Shown: positions 1 to 8,576 of the stretch, piece after piece
Numbering within the stretch: the first letter of the stretch is position 1
Layout of the letters: every line of letters starts with the position of its first letter
Assembly (NCBI GenBank): GCA_964549075.1
Contig: CAZJUB010000004.1
Span: 4,314 to 68,313, forward strand
DNA from: an uncultured archaeon
Lineage (GTDB): Archaea; Asgardarchaeota; Heimdallarchaeia; Heimdallarchaeales; Heimdallarchaeaceae
Length of the DNA stretch: 64,000 bases
Direction of reading: 5' to 3'
Notes under the pieces: generated by a model
What the model saw: the letters and a program-made list of their open reading frames with translations, nothing else
Told to the model about the DNA's origin: nothing
The model's database searches: none
Program-made: the position numbers and the translations under genes

Positions 1-741
1 CCTTACAGAGGGAGCCCCATCAGTAATTGTATGATCAATTCGGATTGAGAGGTTCATGAATTCTCTATTAACCAATTTTCCATCAAATAATCTTGGTTTA
101 AATGTTATACCTCCTGTTACAATATTAACAGAATGATAACCAAGATTTATTCCCCATCCTCCCATTCCTTTTCCAAACATACCTATAGCAGTAACAGATA
201 CAGTTCCATTTATTTGTTTGAGAAAATAAGGATTTCTTCTTACTCTATCCCAAAAAACTATTTTACGAACAAATTTTGGAAGTTTCAATAACGTTCGTAA
301 CTTCTTACTAGAAATATCAGAAGACATCTCATCCTTTGATTTTGGTTTTTGTATTTCTCTTATCTCATTATGTATTTCTAGGAGACTCTTTTCATTTGCC
401 TTTCGAATAACATGTAAAGCTGGAAAAGGTTTGCCATCGATTTTTCTTTCTATAGCAATAGATACATCAACATCTTCAAAGATATATAGTTTATTCCTTT
501 TCTTAATAGCTTGAACTTCTAGATTCTCACTAACAGCAACAGCTACACACCTAACCAACCAAGCAGTAAAAGACAACGATTTACCTGTTCTTTCCTTATA
601 ACATCTAAGTAGTTCTCGAGCTTTAGTTATATCTAATTCAACTAAACCTTGCATGAAATACTTGTAACGAGTCAAAGCTGTAACTTCAGCTTGTAATTGG
701 CGTTTGAAAGGTATGATAGTGTGTTTACCTGCATCATCCAT
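1..741 (-). CDS. Partial CDS running off the window start. 2-oxoacid dehydrogenase E2-type acyltransferase catalytic-domain-like (CAT-fold) protein. It starts directly at the catalytic domain with no lipoyl domain.
   Basis: On the minus strand, ATG at 739-741 opens a frame that stays open to position 1 (hand-translated). The N-terminus reads MDDAGKHTIIPFKRQLQAEVTALTRYKYFMQGLVELDITKARELL. The last readable residues are NLSIRIDHTITDGAPSVR, resembling the DHRxxDG catalytic motif of E2 acyltransferases. The ORF track omits it because it is truncated by the window edge. Confidence 0.5.
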   Translation of the reverse strand, partial: MDDAGKHTIIPFKRQLQAEVTALTRYKYFMQGLVELDITKARELLRCYKERTGKSLSFTAWLVRCVAVAVSENLEVQAIKKRNKLYIFEDVDVSIAIERKIDGKPFPALHVIRKANEKSLLEIHNEIREIQKPKSKDEMSSDISSKKLRTLLKLPKFVRKIVFWDRVRRNPYFLKQINGTVSVTAIGMFGKGMGGWGINLGYHSVNIVTGGITFKPRLFDGKLVNREFMNLSIRIDHTITDGAPSVR

Positions 742-816
742 TATTTACCAATTTTTAGTTTTTTTGAGTTGTTTATATATTTTATCAAAAAACAACATAA
801 AAGAAGAAAAATGAAA

Positions 817-1152
817 TTACCACTTTTCTTCAGGTCTACGTTCTGGAATCATTTTCAAAGGTTGTGAAAAATCATAATCTTTCTTGTAGAAAAGCGCACA
901 GTAACATCTTGAATATTCATCTATATCTGATTGAGCATAATCACATGGACAAATTATATCTCGATCCATAGTTCTATCTTCAAAAGAATCTCTACATGGA
1001 CAGTTGAAATAACCTACTCGGTTAAAATAATCTTTCAGACCTTCGATGAGAAACTGGTGAGTCTCTCCTTTATTAGGATCAAGAATCCACCCTCGTTTGT
1101 CTGCAACCTGTTGAATATATTTTGCTACATCTTCAAAATTTTTCTCTTTCAT
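817..1152 (-). CDS. Ferredoxin:thioredoxin reductase catalytic subunit-like protein (FTR-like)
   Basis: 111 aa with CPCR...CPCDY...CYC, matching the CPC-x-CPC-x-CHC redox-active disulfide/Fe-S motif arrangement of FTR catalytic chains. It sits 8 bp downstream of a CxxC thioredoxin-fold protein. Confidence 0.65.
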   Translation of the reverse strand: MKEKNFEDVAKYIQQVADKRGWILDPNKGETHQFLIEGLKDYFNRVGYFNCPCRDSFEDRTMDRDIICPCDYAQSDIDEYSRCYCALFYKKDYDFSQPLKMIPERRPEEKW

Positions 1153-1160
1153 TTATACAC

Positions 1161-1505
1161 CTATTCCACTAACATTTCTTTCCAGTTTTCTATGTTAAAA
1201 CCAGCATAAAACTTTTGTCCATCTACTATTAGAAAGGGGAAACGGATCATAGTATTGAAAAATTTACTAACATTTCTCTTCAATTCTAGTTTTTCTTCCA
1301 TTTTTAATTTGTCTACATCAACATACCGATAGTGATAGTTGTGGTCTTTTAACCATTTTTTACCTGACTGACACCAATGGCAGGTACTGAGTGCTAGCAT
1401 AAAGATGTTATTTGTCTTTTTTTCTCCATCAACTTCTACTATCTCTCCAGGTATAAATATATCTTCGAAATTCATAAGGTAATCGAGAAAACCGTTGAAA
1501 TACAA
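1161..1505 (-). CDS. Thioredoxin/glutaredoxin-like small redox protein (CHWC active site)
   Basis: 114 aa with a single CxxC (STCHWCQSG) in a thioredoxin-fold-like context. Co-oriented and nearly abutting the FTR-like gene. Confidence 0.5.
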   Translation of the reverse strand: MYFNGFLDYLMNFEDIFIPGEIVEVDGEKKTNNIFMLALSTCHWCQSGKKWLKDHNYHYRYVDVDKLKMEEKLELKRNVSKFFNTMIRFPFLIVDGQKFYAGFNIENWKEMLVE

Positions 1506-1558
1506 ATTATTAAAGATATTTGTTTTGCAACTAGTAGTTTCCTTCTATATCAAAGATT

Positions 1559-3448
1559 TTAACCAAGATATTTACTTTTAAATTCTTCCCAGTTGATAGT
1601 TTTAATTCCCAATTGTTCAGCATTTTCTAATTTGGATTGCCCAGCATTTTTACCAGTTACTAGAAAATCTAAATTCCTTGAAATACTTGAAGACCAGATC
1701 ATTCCTTTGTTTTCTACTAGTTTTATTAAATCATCTTTAGAATGTCCTTCTACTTTCCCAGTAATATAGACTTTTAGAGCATCTTCTGCTGCTTCTTTTG
1801 GTTTTTCATAGACTATCTTTACACCATTTTTAAACAGGTTCTCATACAATGTTTCATCTGTAATTCCATTCTTGATGTTTTGTGCAGTGATGTCTGATAT
1901 CCCATCAAAACTTGTTAATTTGGAAATCGTGGCATTCTTCAGTTCTTCTAAACCTTTGAAATAACTAGCTAGTTTCTTACCCATAGCCTTACCTAAGGAT
2001 TCTATTCCCAAACCCGCTAAGAATAATGGAAAAGGAAGCTCTCTTGTTCCTTCTATAGACGCAAAAATCTTCTCACCATTCTTACCTAAGAGATCTACTA
2101 ATTCTTTTTCTTGTAAAGCATAGAGATCAGAATAGTGTTTGACTTTTCCAGTGTCATAGAGTTTTTCTAAACTCTTTCCCCCTAGACCATCAATTCCCGT
2201 TATAGCTATCCAGTGACCTATTTGTTGGATATCTTTATCTCTACACTTATCTCCTGTACAAAGCAAATTTACTCCAGACCTTCTGGTATCAGAACCACAA
2301 GAAGGACATTTTTCAGGCAATTTGACATTACCTGTCGTATTCTTAGTTGTTACACTGATGATCTTAGGAATAACTTCTCCAGATCGTTCTACATAGACAT
2401 AGTCTCCTGGTTGAGCTTCTAAATCAATCAGAAAATCTGCGTTATGCATAGTTGCTCTGCTTATCACTGCTCCAGCTACTTCTACTGGCTCTAGTTCAGC
2501 AACAGGAGTAAGCACAGAAGTTCTCCCTACTTGCCAGGTTATACCTTTCAGTAAAGTAGATTTGCCTTTGCTTTCAAATTTTAGAGCTATCTGCCATCTA
2601 GGATGATGTTCAGTAGCCCCTGCTTCAGCTCTATGAGCAGCTTCATCATATTTATAGACAACTCCATCAATCTCGAAATCAAGAGTATTTCTTGCATCTT
2701 CAACATCTTTAAAAGATTGCTCAATATTCTCAAGAGTGGGTTCATCGATTTTCAAGAAATCTGAAGCTTCAAATCCCCAAGATTGTAATATCTGTGCTTT
2801 CTGTTCCATTGTAGCATCCTCCTCCCAACCTAAAAGATCAAAAACCATAAGATGAAGTTCGCGTCCTTCCATCCCCCGAACATCTTTTTGTTTCACAGTA
2901 CCTGCAGCTAAATTACGCGGATTACTATACTTTTCATCATCAAGAAGCAAAGCATTTATTCGGTTAAATTCAGAGATTTTCATATAAAGCTCACCTCGAA
3001 CTTCTACTCGTTCTTGTACTGGAATAGTCTTGGGTATAGAATCAATTTTCATAACATTAAGTGTCACATCGTCGCCTAGAGTCCCTGAGCCTCTAGTGGC
3101 TGACTGAATAAGTTTTCCCTTCTTATAGACAACTTTCAATGATATTCCATCAACTTTATACCCCATCATCAAAGGGTGATCATCAGCCCAAGAAACAACT
3201 TTGTCAATTGCTTTAGCTTTCTGACAAGAAAGCATAGGAGGATCGTGAGAAACATTCCCACCCGCAGGTGTTCCAACTATGAATAAAACAGGATTATCAG
3301 GATCGATATTTCTAAGTCTATCTTCAAGACTATCATATTCAGCATCAGAAATTTCAGGTTCGCCATCATAGTATTTACGTTTATGATATAAAATAAGGAT
3401 CTCTAGTTTTTTCCTTTCCTCTTCTGTCATTTCAATCACTAATCTCAC
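1559..3448 (-). CDS. ligA: NAD+-dependent DNA ligase LigA
   Basis: 629 aa. Contains an N-terminal Ia domain (EISDAEYDSLEDRL), the adenylation lysine motif YKVDGISL (KxDG), a four-Cys zinc finger (CPSCGSDTRRSGVNLLCTGDKC), HhH repeats and a C-terminal BRCT-like region (YITGKVEGHSKDDLIKLVENKG). Confidence 0.9.
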   Translation of the reverse strand: MRLVIEMTEEERKKLEILILYHKRKYYDGEPEISDAEYDSLEDRLRNIDPDNPVLFIVGTPAGGNVSHDPPMLSCQKAKAIDKVVSWADDHPLMMGYKVDGISLKVVYKKGKLIQSATRGSGTLGDDVTLNVMKIDSIPKTIPVQERVEVRGELYMKISEFNRINALLLDDEKYSNPRNLAAGTVKQKDVRGMEGRELHLMVFDLLGWEEDATMEQKAQILQSWGFEASDFLKIDEPTLENIEQSFKDVEDARNTLDFEIDGVVYKYDEAAHRAEAGATEHHPRWQIALKFESKGKSTLLKGITWQVGRTSVLTPVAELEPVEVAGAVISRATMHNADFLIDLEAQPGDYVYVERSGEVIPKIISVTTKNTTGNVKLPEKCPSCGSDTRRSGVNLLCTGDKCRDKDIQQIGHWIAITGIDGLGGKSLEKLYDTGKVKHYSDLYALQEKELVDLLGKNGEKIFASIEGTRELPFPLFLAGLGIESLGKAMGKKLASYFKGLEELKNATISKLTSFDGISDITAQNIKNGITDETLYENLFKNGVKIVYEKPKEAAEDALKVYITGKVEGHSKDDLIKLVENKGMIWSSSISRNLDFLVTGKNAGQSKLENAEQLGIKTINWEEFKSKYLG

Positions 3449-3617
3449 AAACTTTACATTGATATTTTAAATAGTTATCGGGGACAAGAGTAAAAGAAAT
3501 AGAAGTGAAAAAAGATTCATTTTTTAACATTTTCAGTTTAGTTATAAAAAAATTTTTGAAAGTAAAACCAAAGCTGAGAATCCTTATATAATTTTAAAAA
3601 TTATAAACAGAATTGTA

Positions 3618-4085
3618 ATGAAATTAGATAATCAAACAAAACAGATTTTAATAGAAAAAAATTGGACTATAGCTACAGCGGAATCTTGTACTGGGGGATT
3701 ATTAGCTCATATAATCACCAATTCTGCTGGAAGTTCAGACTACTTTTCTTATGGTTTTATTACTTACTCAGATGAAGCAAAAATCAAGGAATTAAACATA
3801 CCCAAAGAAATCATAGAGAAATACACTAGCTACTCTAAAGAAGTTGCAGAATTCATGGCTGAAAGTGTTCGGAAGAAAACTAAAGCAACTTTTGGTATCG
3901 CTATTACTGGTATAGCTCCTCCAGGTGATCCAAATTCATCACTACCAATTGGAACAGTTTTTGTTGGAATCTCATCAGCTGAGCATACAACACATTTTGA
4001 ATTCCAATTGAATAAACATTCCAGAATATGGTTCAAGAAAAAAGCAGTAAAACATGCACTGAAGGCTTTTAGCAAAAACCAGTAA
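3618..4085 (+). CDS. pncC: Stand-alone CinA C-terminal domain protein (NMN deamidase PncC-like)
   Basis: 155 aa with the diagnostic IATAESCTGGLLA motif of the CinA-C/PncC family. It is divergent from ligA. Confidence 0.75.
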   Translation: MKLDNQTKQILIEKNWTIATAESCTGGLLAHIITNSAGSSDYFSYGFITYSDEAKIKELNIPKEIIEKYTSYSKEVAEFMAESVRKKTKATFGIAITGIAPPGDPNSSLPIGTVFVGISSAEHTTHFEFQLNKHSRIWFKKKAVKHALKAFSKNQ

Positions 4086-4164
4086 GAACAGGTAGTATTT
4101 TGGATGTTACAAAGACACATACTGAATTCAGAGTAATATATCTTACAAATTGATAATATACAAT

Positions 4165-4782
4165 TTAGATAAGCGTTAAAGAATCTTGAAGTTTCTTTAT
4201 TACAGCTTTCTTCTTCTTCTCTAAATATTTCATCTGGAAGTGGATTTTAGTTACTTCAGAATATTTTTTTAGTAAAACAATGTTCTGGAGAAGTGAAAGA
4301 TCTTCATCAGCTCTTTCGTAAAGTTCTCCTAAAGCTTCTTTGAATTTTTTTGGTTTGATTTCTTCCTCAATCTCCTCTTTGAGCATTTTATGAACAAACT
4401 CAGTTGATCGTTTTTGGAAATAGGCAATAATTACACTGAGCGTAACCATTAATTTGAACTTCTTGTCCTTCATCTGTTCTTCTTCTAAGTTTGATAACTT
4501 GTTTTCATAGTTTTCATAAATTTCCTTTGTTCTAATGTTGAACTTAGAAGCTAGTTGTTTGATGAATTGTTCATCATCACCTTTAACAAATGGAGCAATG
4601 TTTTTCTTGACTATTTCTATCAAACCTTCTATTACCTCTCCACTCCCCTTTATTTTAATTCTTTGAACTGCTCGTCGATCTATAATAAAATCTCGGGATT
4701 GGTAAAATTGTTGGGAAAAAAGATAATTGACAACATCAAAAAACTCCCAATTCTCATTCCTCTCAACATCCTTCTCACCCAT
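4165..4782 (-). CDS. Hypothetical charged, lysine/glutamate-rich protein
   Basis: 205-aa ORF co-oriented 63 bp downstream of the methyltransferase. No recognisable motif. Confidence 0.35.
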   Translation of the reverse strand: MGEKDVERNENWEFFDVVNYLFSQQFYQSRDFIIDRRAVQRIKIKGSGEVIEGLIEIVKKNIAPFVKGDDEQFIKQLASKFNIRTKEIYENYENKLSNLEEEQMKDKKFKLMVTLSVIIAYFQKRSTEFVHKMLKEEIEEEIKPKKFKEALGELYERADEDLSLLQNIVLLKKYSEVTKIHFQMKYLEKKKKAVIKKLQDSLTLI

Positions 4783-4845
4783 ACTAACCCATAGTATTGA
4801 GATGTGTTCTATTTAAAAACTTTAGGCTTCAAAAATGCAGAATTA

Positions 4846-6348
4846 TTAATCTATATTTTCGAGAATCAAATCGTTAACTTTCAGTTGAAGGTTAGTTTTT
4901 CTTCCGTCAAAAATCTCTTTTGCAAGTTTACTTATTTTAATTTCAACAGAATCATCAAATTTTGGAATTTTGATATTTGCCATTATTCGTTGAGTGAAAG
5001 AAATCCTGTGACCTCTTCTTGCTCCAGCTGAAAGATAATAATCTCGAAAGAAGTGACTATTAAGATAACCTAACAAAAAGAAAGGATCTTTTTCTGTTGG
5101 AACTATTGTTAATACATCTCCTGAAGGATAAAATGGTTTTAATGACAAACTGAATCTATTAGTTGTACTTCTATCAAGATTTGGCACAAAAATCTTTGCT
5201 GTATCTTTATAATCTTTTAGTGTTTCAAAATTCCTCAAAGCTTGCCAATGAAACCATTTCTTTTTATCTGGTAGATATCTAACACTCATACTGGTTTTGA
5301 ATTCGATTAATTTCTTGTGAATGAAAGGATATTTCTCTTTCAGTTCTTTTTCTGTCGAAATTCCTTCATCTAGCAAGATATATTCAGTGTAACCTTCGGT
5401 CCAGAAACCTTTACAGTGCTTAGCTTTGATACATTTAATCAACAGTTTTTTTTCCTCTTCATTTAGTAACTGTTTTTCTTCTTTTGTAATAGTAAATGCT
5501 TTTTCGAAACCTGAAACTAATCCTACACCTATCCAAGCTACATCTTTAAGAAAATAAAAATTATTAATTGCTTTTTCAGGATAGGTCGTCCACACTATGT
5601 TTTCGTTTGAAAACAGCTCTTTTGTGTGATAATCAAATGTTGATGAACTTGTTTGTAACTTCAAAACATTAGAAGCTTCTGATCGTATTTTTTTAGGACT
5701 TAAATTGCGATCCTTTATTCTGAGTATCTTCACTTGAGAGTTAGTCTTCTGTTGAGTTTTGATAAACTTGAAAATGACTGTTTCTGGATTTTCTCCTTCA
5801 AATAAGCGAGTCTCATCTAAATCGATAATTATCTTGATGAGACCTTTTGATTTTAATTTCTCTCTAACAACCTTTGCATAAGTGTTGAAAAAAAATCCAT
5901 ATGGAACAATATAGATAAGTTCTCCACCTATTTTCAGGAGATCTATAGATTTCATTATAAAGGCATAATAGATGTCTGATTCTTTATTCCCAACTATTTC
6001 AGATACTTCAATTTTCATTTGTTTCGGTAATGAATTAAAGTGGCAATATGGAGGATTGCCAATTATCAAGTCGTACTTGGTGTTAGTTATCCAGCTCAAA
6101 TAGTCAAAATTTTGAAAATCTAGATTTGGAAATTTAGTTTTAGAATACTGAAATAGCTCTTTATCAAGTTCTACTGCTGTTATATTTCTGTATCCAGCTT
6201 TTGTAAGTCTATCCACGAAAATTCCTTTTCCGGTACCTGAATCCACAATTGAAATATTCTTATCAGCTTTCTTATTTTCACTGATCAGTTCTATCATCAA
6301 ATCTGCAATAGGTTCAGGCGTTTCTACAAAAGCAATAGGCTTATCCAT
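4846..6348 (-). CDS. N6-adenine DNA methyltransferase, gamma-class (M.TaqI-like), with a C-terminal target-recognition region
   Basis: Motif X VETPEPIADLMI (compare M.TaqI VETPPEVVDFMV, from memory), motif I VDSGTGKGIF and motif IV IIGNPPY in the order X-I-IV. It has about 350 aa of C-terminal non-catalytic sequence. Confidence 0.75.
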   Translation of the reverse strand: MDKPIAFVETPEPIADLMIELISENKKADKNISIVDSGTGKGIFVDRLTKAGYRNITAVELDKELFQYSKTKFPNLDFQNFDYLSWITNTKYDLIIGNPPYCHFNSLPKQMKIEVSEIVGNKESDIYYAFIMKSIDLLKIGGELIYIVPYGFFFNTYAKVVREKLKSKGLIKIIIDLDETRLFEGENPETVIFKFIKTQQKTNSQVKILRIKDRNLSPKKIRSEASNVLKLQTSSSTFDYHTKELFSNENIVWTTYPEKAINNFYFLKDVAWIGVGLVSGFEKAFTITKEEKQLLNEEEKKLLIKCIKAKHCKGFWTEGYTEYILLDEGISTEKELKEKYPFIHKKLIEFKTSMSVRYLPDKKKWFHWQALRNFETLKDYKDTAKIFVPNLDRSTTNRFSLSLKPFYPSGDVLTIVPTEKDPFFLLGYLNSHFFRDYYLSAGARRGHRISFTQRIMANIKIPKFDDSVEIKISKLAKEIFDGRKTNLQLKVNDLILENID

Positions 6349-6408
6349 TGTTTATGTACACTCAAGAGTAGAATATTGATATTACATATAAGTTCTTGCC
6401 CACAAATT

Positions 6409-8442
6409 TTAGAGATTCACTTGTTCTAGAAGGTCATCTATTTTACCAGGAACAGCTGAAACAAATTTGGTTACCACAGGTGGAATTTCCTTAATTCTAC
6501 TAGCTAAATTCATAGCCCACATTCTTATATCAGAGCTGACTTCAGAAGCAATAACTGCAATGATTCCGTTATTAATTGCTTGAAGAGAGATACAAAAATC
6601 TTCATAATTGACATCTTTCAATCGTCCTATTTCATCTCCTTCAAGAATACTTTCTGCAAATTGTGTAATAGCCATTAAAAGTCCAGAAAGAAGTAAATCA
6701 TTTGTTTTTAGTTTATCTTTTAATTTAGAATAGATTGGAATCCCAGAGTCAGAGATAATTAATACTCCTAAAACTTCAACAGGTTTCTGTCTTGATTGTG
6801 TAAGTTTCAATGATAAAAGAGATTTAAATTGTGGAAGGATAAATTCTATAATGTTCTGGCTTTGTAGATCTAAAAGACCAGTATCTACAGCTTTATTGAT
6901 GCTCGTTTCGATTTTGTCTATATCACTCAAAAGATAATCAATATCAATATTTTTGCTAAGTTCTCTTGCTTTATCTAAATCTCGTATAGAATCTTCATAA
7001 TCACCAGTTAAAAGACAAAGAACCGAACAAATCATTAACGAGGTAGTTAAGATCTGGTTATGGTTATTTTCAATTGCCAACTGTCTAACAGTATCAATAT
7101 AAGACACTGCTAGATTGAGTGATTCTTTTTTCTCAAGTAATCTATAATACCAAAGATGAGCAACAGCAAGTTGAATATTACAGAAAAGAATAAGTTCCAA
7201 ATCTTTTGTATGTTTTGCTTGTTTAAGCGAAGATTCAAGATATGCTAAAGCATTAGAGAGGTTATGATTTAGCATCTCATAAAAACCACGTAGATAATCA
7301 ACTCGTGCGTTTATAGAAGGTGCTTCTAGTTGTTTTGCTAGTTCTCTAAGTTCTTTCAAATATTTCTTAGAGGAATTTAAATCTTCAATTCTGAGGTAAT
7401 AATGAATTAATTCGTACATGATGAAAGCTTTGTGCATAGATTTTTCTTGTCGTTGAATCTTATATGCATGTAAGAACGATTCCTCAGCTCTTTTATCTCC
7501 AAGGAGATAATAGATATTCCCTATCTCAGTGAGATATAAATAAGGCCATTGACCGGTAGATTCTTTATAGAGATTTATTGCACGTTCCATTAATTCTTTA
7601 GATTTCTGTACCTGTCCTAATTCTAACAAAACCTCTGCTAGGTTACCTATAGCTATAGATAGCCTGTAATCGTCATTAAATTGTTCATGAAGTTCAATCA
7701 ACTTTTCAAAACTTTCCATTGCTTTAATATTGTCTCCAATAAAACTATCAATTGATCCTTTAACATTCAAATAACTAGTTTGTACTTGATAAAAGTTGTA
7801 TTTTTTCACATATGGGTCAATAAAATCAATTAACTCTTCAAAATCAACTTCAATTCCTGAATGCAGATACCACCAAAGTGAGTTCATGTAAGCTTCTTGT
7901 AAGCCACATTGTTCAACAAAATTGTCTGTTTCTTTGATACGATTTTTGACATAATTATGAATTTCTTTGATTTTTGCGATATCCCCTTGTTGACCATACA
8001 TCCACGAACTTATTTCTGCGATATGAGCTTTCATTTCATCTGAATAATCGGTTTTGCTCTCTAGAACCTTAATTATTGATTTAAGTTTTTCAAATGATTC
8101 TTCATAATTTGTAGGATTCTCTTCAAAATAAATTATATAAGCTTCAATATAATCATGTTTTACTTTTTTAAGTAAATCAATAAAATACTCGTCTGCTTTC
8201 ATTTTTTGAGTTAGATAACAACACAAACTGGCTACATTTAATCTATCTTGAACACTGTATTTTTTAGGATTTTCAAGAACTTCCTCTAAGGCAAGTGTAG
8301 CTCCTTTTCTTATCTCTTCATTTAGATTTCTTTCTTCTTGATTTTCTATATACTCCTTTAGTTTTAAAGCTAAGGAAGAAGATAATTTAGCTACGAAATC
8401 GTCTAGAAAGTCTTGCATTATCAAATATTTTTTTCTGTTCAA
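6409..8442 (-). CDS. TPR-repeat protein with a C-terminal roadblock/LC7-like domain
   Basis: 677 aa. The central region consists of TPR-like helical repeats. The C-terminal ~110 aa (nt ~6409-6770) reads VLGVLIISDSGIPIYSKL...FCISLQAINNGIIAVIAS. This matches the roadblock/LC7 pattern G-V-x-G-x-I-V-x(4)-G-I-P-I followed by the beta-strand L-x-F-x-I-x-x-x-x-x-x-I-x-V-I. Confidence 0.55.
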   Translation of the reverse strand: MNRKKYLIMQDFLDDFVAKLSSSLALKLKEYIENQEERNLNEEIRKGATLALEEVLENPKKYSVQDRLNVASLCCYLTQKMKADEYFIDLLKKVKHDYIEAYIIYFEENPTNYEESFEKLKSIIKVLESKTDYSDEMKAHIAEISSWMYGQQGDIAKIKEIHNYVKNRIKETDNFVEQCGLQEAYMNSLWWYLHSGIEVDFEELIDFIDPYVKKYNFYQVQTSYLNVKGSIDSFIGDNIKAMESFEKLIELHEQFNDDYRLSIAIGNLAEVLLELGQVQKSKELMERAINLYKESTGQWPYLYLTEIGNIYYLLGDKRAEESFLHAYKIQRQEKSMHKAFIMYELIHYYLRIEDLNSSKKYLKELRELAKQLEAPSINARVDYLRGFYEMLNHNLSNALAYLESSLKQAKHTKDLELILFCNIQLAVAHLWYYRLLEKKESLNLAVSYIDTVRQLAIENNHNQILTTSLMICSVLCLLTGDYEDSIRDLDKARELSKNIDIDYLLSDIDKIETSINKAVDTGLLDLQSQNIIEFILPQFKSLLSLKLTQSRQKPVEVLGVLIISDSGIPIYSKLKDKLKTNDLLLSGLLMAITQFAESILEGDEIGRLKDVNYEDFCISLQAINNGIIAVIASEVSSDIRMWAMNLASRIKEIPPVVTKFVSAVPGKIDDLLEQVNL

Positions 8443-8576
8443 ATTTAAACATTAAGATTCTCCTAATTGATTTTGTTTGGAAATGTATTGTATTTAATAA
8501 TACGAAATAGAAACAAAAGAATTTAAATTAAGGTATAAAATCTTGAAGATAAGATAAGATTAAAAGAGGAATAAAA

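Noticed and set aside
931-1209. Track ORFs lying inside or antisense to well-supported genes
   Set aside because: These are low-complexity I/F/L/S-rich translations, typical antisense shadows in AT-rich DNA. Each overlaps a motif-supported gene on the other strand or frame. The affected ORFs are 931..1209, 2213..2422, 3830..4120, 4555..4794, 4804..5031, 9311..9619, 9682..10098, 11161..11388, 12570..12845, 12954..13208, 18290..18526, 19046..19231, 19961..20146, 21843..22028, 25785..25982, 27065..27355, 27608..27802, 28761..28988, 32102..32299, 38956..39147, 40553..40927, 45857..46075, 49203..49412, 49896..50114, 49942..50145, 52240..52536, 53444..53632, 57623..58102, 61934..62125 and 63037..63384.
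4165-4782. Possibility that the 205-aa K/E-rich ORF is the restriction endonuclease partner of the TaqI-like methyltransferase
   Set aside because: I could not find a convincing PD-(D/E)xK, HNH or GIY-YIG motif. It is left as hypothetical and raised as a question in the findings rather than annotated.
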